Shown: piece after piece, positions 29,907 to 40,355 of the stretch
Layout: each line of letters begins with the position of its first letter
Position numbering within the stretch: the first letter of the stretch is position 1
Source of the DNA: a virus
Reading direction: 5' to 3' (one strand)
IMG/VR virus record: IMGVR_UViG_3300001450_010303
Location: 41,275-105,274 of that record
DNA length: 64,000 bases
Position numbers and translations under genes: made by a program
The notes under the pieces: generated by a model
Seen by the model: only the letters and a program-made list of their open reading frames with translations
Database searches by the model: none
What the model was told of the DNA's origin: nothing

Positions 29907-32900
29907 AAAGCTTTTTGGATCCACCGACAAAGCAAACAATTACCTAAGCGATACAGACCAGAAAGATGCCTTCGCAAGTGTAGAATCCAGCAGAAATTTA
30001 AAAGAAATTGAGGAAATCCAGGCTCATCATATACCTCATATAGACTATTCAAAGCCAGCTAATTTTGTGAAATACGGCTCGGCAAGGTTATACTATAAAA
30101 CCGCATTGAAAAGAATTTCCGACTATTATCCTTATGACGGTTCTAGTGCTGAGATTAACTCATTCTATAATAAATCTTTAGACATAGAGAAGTATATTCT
30201 CAATAATTTATATCCAAGAACAAATGGTTATGCTATATTTAGTGCCGATGGCTGGGGCAGTAAGGCTAGCAATTGGTCAGTTCATCGCCAAGACGGCTAT
30301 GGCATACCAGCAACCCCCGAAGCTATTATAGTTCAAGGTGGTCCAAATGCTGCGACCGGCGAACTAAAAGATCTGATACCCACATCAAAGAATAATAAGT
30401 ATCAATATTCTAACGTATATGACGAAGATATCTATCGAACTGCTGGTCTTCCAAGTGATTATGGTAAGGGAACTCGCGAATCGAACATGCGTGCCAACTT
30501 CGATGATGGTGTCACAGTAGAATTTTGGATGAAGACTGGTTCCTTTACAGATGGGACCGGCACAGAAACCTTGAAACAAGTAGTGTTCGATTTATGGAAT
30601 CGTAAAGATCCGAACACCGGCGCCGGCTTTGAAAAAGAATATGGAAGAATCACTGTAGAATTGACCGGCGTTGTACAGAACGATATAGACTACTCGGACC
30701 CCAATAGTTATTGGTCGGACTCGCCATTCTTGGTCACAGTACAATCTGGCTCTGTAACCGGCTCCTACCAACAAACCATTGGTAAAAACATAACAACCAG
30801 CTCAATGGGTGAGTGGAACCACTATGCGATAACGCTGTTTAACTCCGGATCTGGATTCATGGCAGATTTCCACGTCAATGGGCATCTCAGTGAAAGAAAG
30901 ACATTAAACGCCAGTCAAACATTGAACGAAATTGCCCCGAAGAATATGGTAGCGCGTATAGGATCACTGCTTACCGCCAGTTGTGGCGCCCTCGAAAATC
31001 CCGGACCCATAGCAAGATTTGGTTCCATTGATGGCGGCAAGCTAAACGGCTCGATAGATGAATTCAGATACTGGAAATCTGCAAGAACTCACGAAGAAAT
31101 TGGAAAGAATTGGTTTGCTCAAGTCGCCGGCGGCGCTAATACTGATATATCTAATGCAGAACTTGGAATATATTTCAAATTCAACGAAGGTATTACCGGG
31201 GATGCTTCTCTCGACAACACTGTTTTGGATTATGCCGGTAGAATAAGCAACGGAACGTGGTATGGATATACATCAAATTCAAGAAACACCGGTTCTGCGA
31301 TTATTGAAGCCGCGGCCGCAACAAAAGAATATGAGGATCCCATCATCCGGCCCGAACACCCGGATTATATTGCACTTGAATCAGAGTTATCAATAAGTGG
31401 TGAAAACTTTGATATAAACAACAATAACTCAATGTTGAGCTTGCTTCCCGGGTGGATTATTGAAGAAGAAGAAAATAACAAGGATTCTGACTTACAAAAC
31501 ATATGTCATATTGTTGGTGCTTACTTTGATAAGTTGCATATGCAAATCTCTGAAATTCCCAAGTTTCATTATGCGACATACCCAAGTGCTTCCCAGAAGC
31601 CAGCACCATTCGCAGAACATTTTGCACAGTCTTTCGGACTATACACGCCCGAATTGTTTATTGATTCAACAGTTCTGGAGAAATTCGCCGATAGGGATGA
31701 AGAACAGCTATTCGAAGCGAGCCTACAAGACACAAAAAATCTAATTTACACCAATCTCTATAATAATATAGCTAATATCTTTAAAAGCAAGGGTACCGAA
31801 AAGGCTATAAAAAACGTGTTTAGATGCATGGGTATAGATGAAAAGCTGATAAAACTAGTAGTTAATTCTAATAATCAAGACATCTCTCTTAGAGACAACT
31901 ATCAGCAGTCCTTGATCAATAAAAACTGTTTAAATTTCAACAACAGCCTAAATTCAACAGCGGTTGTATATCAAGCAATTGATTCAAATAATGCAAACAG
32001 TTTAGGATACTTAACAAATCCAACAGAGAGTTCAGCGCCATCCTATGGTTGCACGGTAGAGAGTAACATAGTCCTTCCATACTACACACGCGGTATTGGG
32101 GACATGGATAGAGATTACGATACTGTATCTTTGTTCGGAATGTATACAGTTGATACTACAAGCGCTGATTCTAAAACAGGAGCAGACCCATCCTTCATTG
32201 GAGGTTATGGTATAGATTCTACTGGCGGCGACGATGCAAACTTTCAAGTCTATGCAATTAAGGAATCAAAGGATTCCAGAAATGTATATTTTAAACTTTC
32301 ATCATCGAATAAGCCAATACCGTTTCCAATCGATGTCGATAATGTCCTAACAAGTTCGCTGTTTTTGAATGCATATGATAATCAAGAGTGGAACATTTCT
32401 GTAAGGCTTAAGCCCCTCAAAGGTCAGCTAACAAACTTAGTTTATGGAGCCGGCGGTACCGGGTATGAAGTAATATTTTCCGGATATCAAACTCAACTCG
32501 GGGAAGTTATAAACAGCTTTAGTGTATCATCGTCAGTTTCACAGACCACCGGTTCGTTGTTTATGCTAGCAGGCAAAAGAATATATGCCGGCGCTAATAG
32601 AGAAAACCTAACCGGCCGTGTCATCGACAAAAGTGATATACTTGTCAATAATATTAGGTATTGGTCAAAATATTTAGAAGACAGTGATCTCATACAACAT
32701 ACACACGATATTGAAAACAGAGGCATTTCAGGTTCTTATAGACCACTATCTCCCATAGACACGGGAAGTGTCGATATTATTAACTCCGAGACATTAGCCC
32801 TAGAGTGGAACTTTACTGATCTAACCTCAAGCCGCGCAGATGGAACTATAGGGTATATCAAAGATTATAGCTCTGGTTCAACTGATGTTCGTAACCCACA

Positions 32901-35900
32901 TGGCAACAAAGCCTCATGGCTATCAAATCTCGCTGGCTATCAACATACGGGATATGGATATGGGTTTGCAGCAGAATCTACAAATATTGTTGATAAACGA
33001 AACTTCAACTCATATAAACTGGTAGATCCGGAGCGCGCCGTTTCATCAGACATGATAAACATTTATAATGATGAATACGATTCATTTTACAGAGATGACA
33101 ACGTACCGAATTATGTATATACGATTGAGAAGAGCTTTTATAATATAGTGTCAGAACAAATGATGGAGTTCTTCGCTGGAATTGTCGACTTCAATAGTCT
33201 GATTGGCGCACCAGTCAATAGGTATAGAGATAGATACAAAGATATCGAAAAGCTCAGACAAACATTCTTTAAAAGAGTGAAGAGTGTTTCAGATGTTGAA
33301 AAGTTTGTAAAATATTATAAATGGTTTGACGACTCAATATCTAGCATAATTTCTCAACTTGTCCCAGAATCATCAGTATTCATCAATAACTCTATGAATG
33401 TGATAGAGAGTCATGTTTTAGAAAGGAACAAATATAGGTCTAAATTTCCAACGTTAAACTTTGAAGATCCGGATGTAGAGGCATATATGAAGGGCTTCAC
33501 TGAATTGCGATACCCATGGTATGACGGTTCCTCAACATTGCCATCATCGCCGCGGAACACCGGTACGCACAAGACATATTGGCTTGATAGAGCAGAAAGA
33601 GATTCTATAGAGATAACGTCGGGTGATTCCACAATAGATACCCAAAGAAATAAATATAAGGACATTATCAACCGCGCCCCACACATGACGGGAGCATATC
33701 CCACTTTGTCTGATGCCTCCGGCACCCTTTACTCATCTCACAAATACTCCTTAAATAAATTCGCCCGCACAAGTAAATTTAATATGGATGTGCCGGTTGT
33801 TAGAAACCTAACTCGACCAATTAAAGGTGGAACTAACTTTGAGCCCGAGAAAGACCTGAGTTTTGCACCGATAGCACTACATCCAGCCGGCCCAGTAAAT
33901 AGAGAAAATGGTATTTTTGTTCCTAGAAACGTTTTGCTTGGAATGACTAAAGAGATGGTAGAAACTCAAAATATTGTTGATCCTACAAGACCACCGGAAT
34001 TTATTTCGAAGGAAAAGAGAGTATTTAAGGTTCAACATGGTAGAGATTGGGAAGATGGGATAGGATATAAAAATGTTAAATCAAGTATCGGATTTCCTTT
34101 TAATGTATTAAGTTCCTCAGTTAAGACTGGCTACAATAAAAGTGTAATAGACAATGTTACCGGAGGTATTGAGATTACAAACCTTCATAATGATACCTAT
34201 GGCGATGATAAAGAAGTGCCAATGCAAGGTACATTTACTGAGAGGGTTGTTGGTGGCCACCAATCTAGACATATAGCAATCAACACCGGTACCGATAATT
34301 GGAAATCACGCCCTGAAGCTTGGAAAATTCTACTTGGAACTTGTGAAGCTAATCCATCTGGTGCTATTGGAATGGTGGGTCCAGACTATCCATGGCCAGA
34401 GGCCAACGACGAGGGCCAAACACCATACCCCCTAACAGCATCACAAAAAGCTGTATTCTACAGAGATTTTGTTGCAAAGCGCCCAGTTAATATTAGAAAC
34501 ATAAATACGATGGATGTCCCGCGTTCAACGACTGTTCCTGGAAATTACGAGAACAATTATGAAGTAGTAAATTCCTTCGGCGCCCACGCAAACCCCCGCC
34601 GCTTCATAGATAATCAGCCGACCCCGCCAGAAAGAGCATTCAGAAATAATGTGACTGGCGCCACTCAAATAAGAACATTTTTAGATACTCGTAGGACAGA
34701 TGAGAGCCATTCGGAATTGATGCCTGAATATTCAACAGAATATTTGCAAATCACAAGCTCTGAGAATAAAACTGTAATAGCTACTAGATTTTCTAATCCT
34801 GGTGGCCCCGAAACAATGACTAGAGGTTACTTGGACTTTAGATCAGCAGAGATGTCAGTTTATAACGCCTTTAATTATCGAAATCTAAGCATCATAAAAC
34901 ATTCACAAGGTCCAAGTGGAACACTCCCAGAACCCCCGGGTGATGGCCCGACTACAACCAGGGTATATGATATACATGCGAAAGACTATGGGCTGAGAAG
35001 TCACAGAGCAAGACACACAGCAAGATTCGGCCGTGACTCATTGTTTGTTACTTCATCCGATAATCTCCCCGGCGCCCAATATGATCAGTTGCCGGGCTTT
35101 CACAAAATTCACAGAAACAATGTCTCGCGACTGAAGATTGTTGATCAATTAAACGCGGAGCTTAGCGGTATTTACTTAAATAATACTGCTAGTATATTAT
35201 GGCCAGATCCATCCCAGAACGCTGGAAATTGTTTAGTAGTACAAGCAACTAGTTCAGACGGCCAGAACGCCGCCAATGCCCTCATCTTTGATAACAATCT
35301 TGTTGGCGCCGCAAACGAGTTCCCAGTCTGGACCTTCTCAGCGTGGGTTAATCCATCTGCCTCTAACGCACCAAGAACAATCTGGGACGCCGGAAAAACA
35401 AGCGTCGGGAATGGCTCAGCCCACACAATCACGATTGAGGGTGATGAGACTTTGAGATATCAAGCTAAAACATCACTTGCCGCCGGCGGAGGTAACGAAA
35501 GATTTACATTTTGGGAAACCAATACGAATACAATATCAAATGGTTCATGGAATCACATTGTTGTAAGTGTATCCGGCACCATTGGAGGTCTGTCAAATTC
35601 ACTCAAGCCTACTCTGTATATTAATGGAGTTAGTATGTCTTGGGACGGTGCTACTAGTCCATCCTTGACTCCGTATGATAATCTGCCAAACGCGCGCACT
35701 GCACATTCGAATTTCCGGAGTCATACTGGTTGGAGCCAAACACCACCGGTAGTAATTGGAGGTGATTGGCAAAGTGCGAACTATAAAGAATACTATGGCG
35801 CCCTCGATGAAATATCAATCTGGAATACTCAACTCACCGATCAAGAAGTTGCTCAAGTATATAACTCTGGCGCCCCCTGTAACCTAACACATAGCTCATC

Positions 35901-38900
35901 ACCACAGTCAGTATATCTTAAGGCATGGTGGCGTCTAGGAGAAGGAGATGCAGCAGTCTCCGGAGATCCTTCCGGAAAAATAATGGACTCTAATAATATC
36001 ATAAGAGATATAGTTGGTTCTGCTTCTCTGTGTCCAACCGCGCTATCTGGTTCAAATATGAATCTATATATAGTTCCAAGTTCTTTGGCCGGCTGCGATG
36101 AACGGGTTACAATATATTCAGAAACCGTAACACATGTTTCATCGTCATTATACGACAATGATCATATACAACACCCCATACCCAGGACCGACATACAATA
36201 TAAATGGATAAGAGATTCAATTTCAGATCCAGATAATACAAGATACTATGAATTTCAGAAGACAACCAATAGCAGTAGGATGCCATATTTTTCAAATTCT
36301 GCGGGATACACACCTTATTACAACTTTATCACAGAGAGTCAGGCCGCCCATAACCAGAATATATCACCCGGCGGCTGGAAGCAACCAATTTTAAGGCTAA
36401 ATACATTAATACTTGATCCATTAACAGAAAATTCTAACACTATAGGCTTCGCCGCCGATACTGATGTTTCAAATTATATAAACACCGAACTTAATCCAGG
36501 AATTGGCTCCACCAACTATTTGAACATGTTGTTGGCACATCGTTCAGTGCCGTACGGCTGGACCTGGCAGAAAACTAGAAATTACAATAATCCGATAATT
36601 ATTGATGAAAGAAAGAAATCAGTATTATCAGCAATTACAAGTTCTAACAAAAGGTTACAACACTTTAGAATGTCTGCAGTCTCCACGCGCGGCCGCACAG
36701 CACTGATAAATTTTGATGCTCCAATCGGTAAGAAGGGAAACACTGCAATAGGCGCCAAAAATAATATGACTCTTAAGGTGACGGACAACAATGAAAGAAT
36801 CATGTTTAATGAAGCGGCATTTAATAGCTATATAAATAATAATGTTATCACTGAACCCACCCCACTAACACAAATCATTAGACTTGGAAACAACTCGAAA
36901 AACAAGTTCAAACTTAAATGGATTTTATACAGCCAAAACTTGTTCCCATCCGAAAGAAATGAATATATGTCTGGAACATACAAGAGAAATGGATATGATA
37001 ATGGATATTGGAGAGTAACAGGAAGCGAAAGAATATCTCTGGGAGCAACACAGAGTGGCTCCTTCTCATATAATATATTTTCAAGTTCAATCGGCCGCTC
37101 CTCTTGGCCCCTAGATGAGCCGGAAAACTTCTTAACAAGAACTAGGATCCTGGGCCCAGATCTTGATGGCGGGTTGTCAATGCAGAAAAATGGCAATGCC
37201 GGCGAGCTTCAAAACGTACACTTCTCTTACGTGTCATGTTCCTTGGTTGGGGGAAACCTACAATTATCAAAGGTATCAGAACTGTGGCCGGCCGCCTTGT
37301 ATGCTAGAAAACACATGTTAGCTGCACCTCGTTCTGTGGTTAGTCCATCTGGGATTGAAAACAATATTGGAATGCCTGGAAGTGATGGTGTTAATTTCTC
37401 TAAGAGATACAGCGTTGAAATTTATGCCGGCGAAGCTGCCTGGGACGCACCAAGAAACGCCGGCGTAGTCCGTATGGGATACTCATCCGAAAATAGTAAC
37501 AAGGGAACTAAAATATCGTCTTATCAAGTCACGTCTTCCGAACCATGGTTTGCCACATACGACGACTTTAGTTATGAAATGGGTCTGATAGCTAAAGATT
37601 ATTCTGTGGTGCCAGAATTTAGAATCAGCGAACATATCGAAGATTATATGAAGCACGGCCCTTTTGACGCTACAAAAAATGATATTTTTGAAGTTCCTGG
37701 TGTATCTGGGTCAGCCAATAGTTCTACTGGATCATTCTATAAGGATTACTCAAATTCCGAGTTTATGAAAGATTTTCTAAGAGTAAAATCTGAATCTTTC
37801 CTCGAAGCGAAAGAAATAAGATTAGTTTGTAGTGCAGCAATCAGGCTAAATCCATACAAGGGCTTTTATCCAGCCCAACGAACTCTCGACTTGGTTGGGC
37901 AATTTTCTAGTTCTTATGCTAACAGCATAACAGCTGTGTGGGAACTCAACGGCGCTAAAAAGCCACTCAATGTTGATAGAGCCCTTCAAGCAAGAGGTAG
38001 CACAATAAGACCACTAATGCAAGCTCTTTACTCACCTGGCCTAATGTATAATACGATTAAGTCCGGAATAGCGGTCGACTATCCAATTGTAAATGATAAG
38101 TCTAAAATCGAACGGTCACAGTATGGGAGACCATCAGCTGGCCCTATGCAGTCACTTAAACAATCCGATGACAACTATGCTATTTTACCGGCAAATATAA
38201 ATTCTAATAGTCCAGTTTCTGGATATAATGGCGGCTCATGGTTTGATGTTAGATTGCCGTTTGAAACGCTTTTGCAGCCAAAAAATCATATTAATGGTCT
38301 TAAATTTCTAGATATAGAACCACACCCATCGGCTAGCCTATCACCAGCAAACGTTACAACGTCATTTAATTCTCAAGGTGGAGATGAAATGTATGAGATG
38401 ATGGCATCAAACTTTTTTGGAGAGGTGCCTAACTTCTTTCTGAAAGATTCTAGTTTCACCAGGATAGAATCTGGCATTATACCAGACGATCTTAGTTTCA
38501 AAGACGGCGAAGTCTATGGTGCTAGATTAAAGATAAGGAGATCAACCACGGGCACAAGAACATACTCATATGATTCTGGATCCACCGGTGACGGTACAAA
38601 CTTCGCACCTTTTGGAGCAAAAGCATTTTATGATCAGAAGACCGCCGGCGGCGGAGACACTAATGCCTGGTACCCCGTACCCCAAGATCCACAAAATGCC
38701 AGAATGGATCCTATCGCGCCCTTTAGAGAAACTTTTACGATGTACAGTCGCCCCTCGGCATTCGGCCCACCGATTTCTGGACGTCCCCCGTCTGGTTCAA
38801 ACGGAGACCGCCCGACGTGGTTTTTAAGTGCCAGCCTGTCTGGTACCATGGATTGCTTTAATGGGTATAACTGGGCCTACACGCCACCTTATTACCATGG

Positions 38901-40353
38901 CGAATCATGGGTTGATTTTATCTTCAGACCCACCCCCGGAACAACATATAACTTACAATCTATATTAGCCAATATTAAAACAAGATATTGGAGAGTCGAT
39001 CCAGGGATGGAATCCACCGCGGTTAATGCCGGCCAAAACAGATCCCCGGCCCTAGTCTTTGGAGGGAACTATCTTTCAGGCGACGACTGGGCCCAGTTCC
39101 AACCAATTTACGCCGGCGCAAACATCAATGATAACGCAATGCAACTAAGTGCAAGCTTCAACTTGTTCGGCATCGAGCGCGTTGCAAAAGAGACGTCTGA
39201 TAGATTTGGTAAAAAACTAACAGAAGAAAACACCACTACCGGAATGAAATGGGTTATTCAACCAAAATTTGAGACACCAATGCTAAACTTTAATGATACT
39301 GGAGTTAATGCAATTAGCGCCAGTTTAGGAAACAAGAGCATCCCATTATATGGATCTGGGTCGGTACCAAACGGAATGTGGCACCAATTTGGAAACATTC
39401 CAGACAAGCCAAATGTAGGGGTCTTTATGGAAATGGGTGATATCCCCACACAATGGTTAAAATATCATTATGATGTTAATAGCACTGGCTCGATTTATAA
39501 TAATTTTGATGCACCCAATAGTGGATCTCAAGCTGCTAGACAAATAAAATCTCTTTCTAATTTACTTGGTTTTGAACAGCGTGCCAATACTCGTCGTCTT
39601 GGGGAAATAGCTGAACAAAGAACAATCCGAGAAGCGATTGTTGCTATTCCATATGTTATTGAAGAACTAGAAAATTTTGAGCCTCCATTCGGTGATCGCA
39701 AAGATCCAGAGTGTGGTTCTCGCGATGTGAGTCAGATGTCACGAAAAAGATTAATCTCTATTCCAAAGAAGAGATTTAAAGCTGCACTACAAGAAACTGA
39801 TGGAACGCTAACCGGCGACTCCCTATCCACCGCCGGCGAGTCGATCAGAAAATTGATGCAAAAGATGGAAAGGTATATTTTACCTCCGCAGTTTGATTTT
39901 ATACAACACTCTAACATTGATCCTTTTGTGATGTATATGTTTGAATTCGAATATAAATTTGATAAAGACGATTTATCATATATATGGCAAAATCTCGCTC
40001 CACGTAATTATAAGAAGCTGACATTTGAGGCACAGTCTATATCACATGAGTTGATGGATATGGAACTTCTTAATGAAAATAGTTTGTTCGACAACGAACA
40101 TATGAGGTGGATGGTATTTAAAGTTAAACAAAAAAGTCAAAGTGGATACTATGATCACGTTGTAAGCCAAATTGGAGATGTTAATATGTCTAAAAATGGA
40201 AAGATATCAAAAAATCAGAATACCACAAATTCGTCCTTACAGTATAACTGGCCGTACGATTACTTATCTTTCGTAGAACTAATTAAGTTTGATGTTGATG
40301 TATTGTTTAAGGAGCCAAAAGATAATAATGACAACGGCAAAGGGTCAAAATAA
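29896..40353 (+). CDS. 3485-aa tail/baseplate protein with two LamG/concanavalin-like domains
   Basis: TVEFWMK...WNHYAIT...GSIDEFRYW...YFKFNEG (~30510-31190) and TFSAWVN...WNHIVV...LYING...GALDEISIWN...WWRLGE (~35330-35945); FKSKGTEKAI wedge-like motif. Confidence 0.7.
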   Translation: MSIKKLFGSTDKANNYLSDTDQKDAFASVESSRNLKEIEEIQAHHIPHIDYSKPANFVKYGSARLYYKTALKRISDYYPYDGSSAEINSFYNKSLDIEKYILNNLYPRTNGYAIFSADGWGSKASNWSVHRQDGYGIPATPEAIIVQGGPNAATGELKDLIPTSKNNKYQYSNVYDEDIYRTAGLPSDYGKGTRESNMRANFDDGVTVEFWMKTGSFTDGTGTETLKQVVFDLWNRKDPNTGAGFEKEYGRITVELTGVVQNDIDYSDPNSYWSDSPFLVTVQSGSVTGSYQQTIGKNITTSSMGEWNHYAITLFNSGSGFMADFHVNGHLSERKTLNASQTLNEIAPKNMVARIGSLLTASCGALENPGPIARFGSIDGGKLNGSIDEFRYWKSARTHEEIGKNWFAQVAGGANTDISNAELGIYFKFNEGITGDASLDNTVLDYAGRISNGTWYGYTSNSRNTGSAIIEAAAATKEYEDPIIRPEHPDYIALESELSISGENFDINNNNSMLSLLPGWIIEEEENNKDSDLQNICHIVGAYFDKLHMQISEIPKFHYATYPSASQKPAPFAEHFAQSFGLYTPELFIDSTVLEKFADRDEEQLFEASLQDTKNLIYTNLYNNIANIFKSKGTEKAIKNVFRCMGIDEKLIKLVVNSNNQDISLRDNYQQSLINKNCLNFNNSLNSTAVVYQAIDSNNANSLGYLTNPTESSAPSYGCTVESNIVLPYYTRGIGDMDRDYDTVSLFGMYTVDTTSADSKTGADPSFIGGYGIDSTGGDDANFQVYAIKESKDSRNVYFKLSSSNKPIPFPIDVDNVLTSSLFLNAYDNQEWNISVRLKPLKGQLTNLVYGAGGTGYEVIFSGYQTQLGEVINSFSVSSSVSQTTGSLFMLAGKRIYAGANRENLTGRVIDKSDILVNNIRYWSKYLEDSDLIQHTHDIENRGISGSYRPLSPIDTGSVDIINSETLALEWNFTDLTSSRADGTIGYIKDYSSGSTDVRNPHGNKASWLSNLAGYQHTGYGYGFAAESTNIVDKRNFNSYKLVDPERAVSSDMINIYNDEYDSFYRDDNVPNYVYTIEKSFYNIVSEQMMEFFAGIVDFNSLIGAPVNRYRDRYKDIEKLRQTFFKRVKSVSDVEKFVKYYKWFDDSISSIISQLVPESSVFINNSMNVIESHVLERNKYRSKFPTLNFEDPDVEAYMKGFTELRYPWYDGSSTLPSSPRNTGTHKTYWLDRAERDSIEITSGDSTIDTQRNKYKDIINRAPHMTGAYPTLSDASGTLYSSHKYSLNKFARTSKFNMDVPVVRNLTRPIKGGTNFEPEKDLSFAPIALHPAGPVNRENGIFVPRNVLLGMTKEMVETQNIVDPTRPPEFISKEKRVFKVQHGRDWEDGIGYKNVKSSIGFPFNVLSSSVKTGYNKSVIDNVTGGIEITNLHNDTYGDDKEVPMQGTFTERVVGGHQSRHIAINTGTDNWKSRPEAWKILLGTCEANPSGAIGMVGPDYPWPEANDEGQTPYPLTASQKAVFYRDFVAKRPVNIRNINTMDVPRSTTVPGNYENNYEVVNSFGAHANPRRFIDNQPTPPERAFRNNVTGATQIRTFLDTRRTDESHSELMPEYSTEYLQITSSENKTVIATRFSNPGGPETMTRGYLDFRSAEMSVYNAFNYRNLSIIKHSQGPSGTLPEPPGDGPTTTRVYDIHAKDYGLRSHRARHTARFGRDSLFVTSSDNLPGAQYDQLPGFHKIHRNNVSRLKIVDQLNAELSGIYLNNTASILWPDPSQNAGNCLVVQATSSDGQNAANALIFDNNLVGAANEFPVWTFSAWVNPSASNAPRTIWDAGKTSVGNGSAHTITIEGDETLRYQAKTSLAAGGGNERFTFWETNTNTISNGSWNHIVVSVSGTIGGLSNSLKPTLYINGVSMSWDGATSPSLTPYDNLPNARTAHSNFRSHTGWSQTPPVVIGGDWQSANYKEYYGALDEISIWNTQLTDQEVAQVYNSGAPCNLTHSSSPQSVYLKAWWRLGEGDAAVSGDPSGKIMDSNNIIRDIVGSASLCPTALSGSNMNLYIVPSSLAGCDERVTIYSETVTHVSSSLYDNDHIQHPIPRTDIQYKWIRDSISDPDNTRYYEFQKTTNSSRMPYFSNSAGYTPYYNFITESQAAHNQNISPGGWKQPILRLNTLILDPLTENSNTIGFAADTDVSNYINTELNPGIGSTNYLNMLLAHRSVPYGWTWQKTRNYNNPIIIDERKKSVLSAITSSNKRLQHFRMSAVSTRGRTALINFDAPIGKKGNTAIGAKNNMTLKVTDNNERIMFNEAAFNSYINNNVITEPTPLTQIIRLGNNSKNKFKLKWILYSQNLFPSERNEYMSGTYKRNGYDNGYWRVTGSERISLGATQSGSFSYNIFSSSIGRSSWPLDEPENFLTRTRILGPDLDGGLSMQKNGNAGELQNVHFSYVSCSLVGGNLQLSKVSELWPAALYARKHMLAAPRSVVSPSGIENNIGMPGSDGVNFSKRYSVEIYAGEAAWDAPRNAGVVRMGYSSENSNKGTKISSYQVTSSEPWFATYDDFSYEMGLIAKDYSVVPEFRISEHIEDYMKHGPFDATKNDIFEVPGVSGSANSSTGSFYKDYSNSEFMKDFLRVKSESFLEAKEIRLVCSAAIRLNPYKGFYPAQRTLDLVGQFSSSYANSITAVWELNGAKKPLNVDRALQARGSTIRPLMQALYSPGLMYNTIKSGIAVDYPIVNDKSKIERSQYGRPSAGPMQSLKQSDDNYAILPANINSNSPVSGYNGGSWFDVRLPFETLLQPKNHINGLKFLDIEPHPSASLSPANVTTSFNSQGGDEMYEMMASNFFGEVPNFFLKDSSFTRIESGIIPDDLSFKDGEVYGARLKIRRSTTGTRTYSYDSGSTGDGTNFAPFGAKAFYDQKTAGGGDTNAWYPVPQDPQNARMDPIAPFRETFTMYSRPSAFGPPISGRPPSGSNGDRPTWFLSASLSGTMDCFNGYNWAYTPPYYHGESWVDFIFRPTPGTTYNLQSILANIKTRYWRVDPGMESTAVNAGQNRSPALVFGGNYLSGDDWAQFQPIYAGANINDNAMQLSASFNLFGIERVAKETSDRFGKKLTEENTTTGMKWVIQPKFETPMLNFNDTGVNAISASLGNKSIPLYGSGSVPNGMWHQFGNIPDKPNVGVFMEMGDIPTQWLKYHYDVNSTGSIYNNFDAPNSGSQAARQIKSLSNLLGFEQRANTRRLGEIAEQRTIREAIVAIPYVIEELENFEPPFGDRKDPECGSRDVSQMSRKRLISIPKKRFKAALQETDGTLTGDSLSTAGESIRKLMQKMERYILPPQFDFIQHSNIDPFVMYMFEFEYKFDKDDLSYIWQNLAPRNYKKLTFEAQSISHELMDMELLNENSLFDNEHMRWMVFKVKQKSQSGYYDHVVSQIGDVNMSKNGKISKNQNTTNSSLQYNWPYDYLSFVELIKFDVDVLFKEPKDNNDNGKGSK

Positions 40354-40355
40354 CA

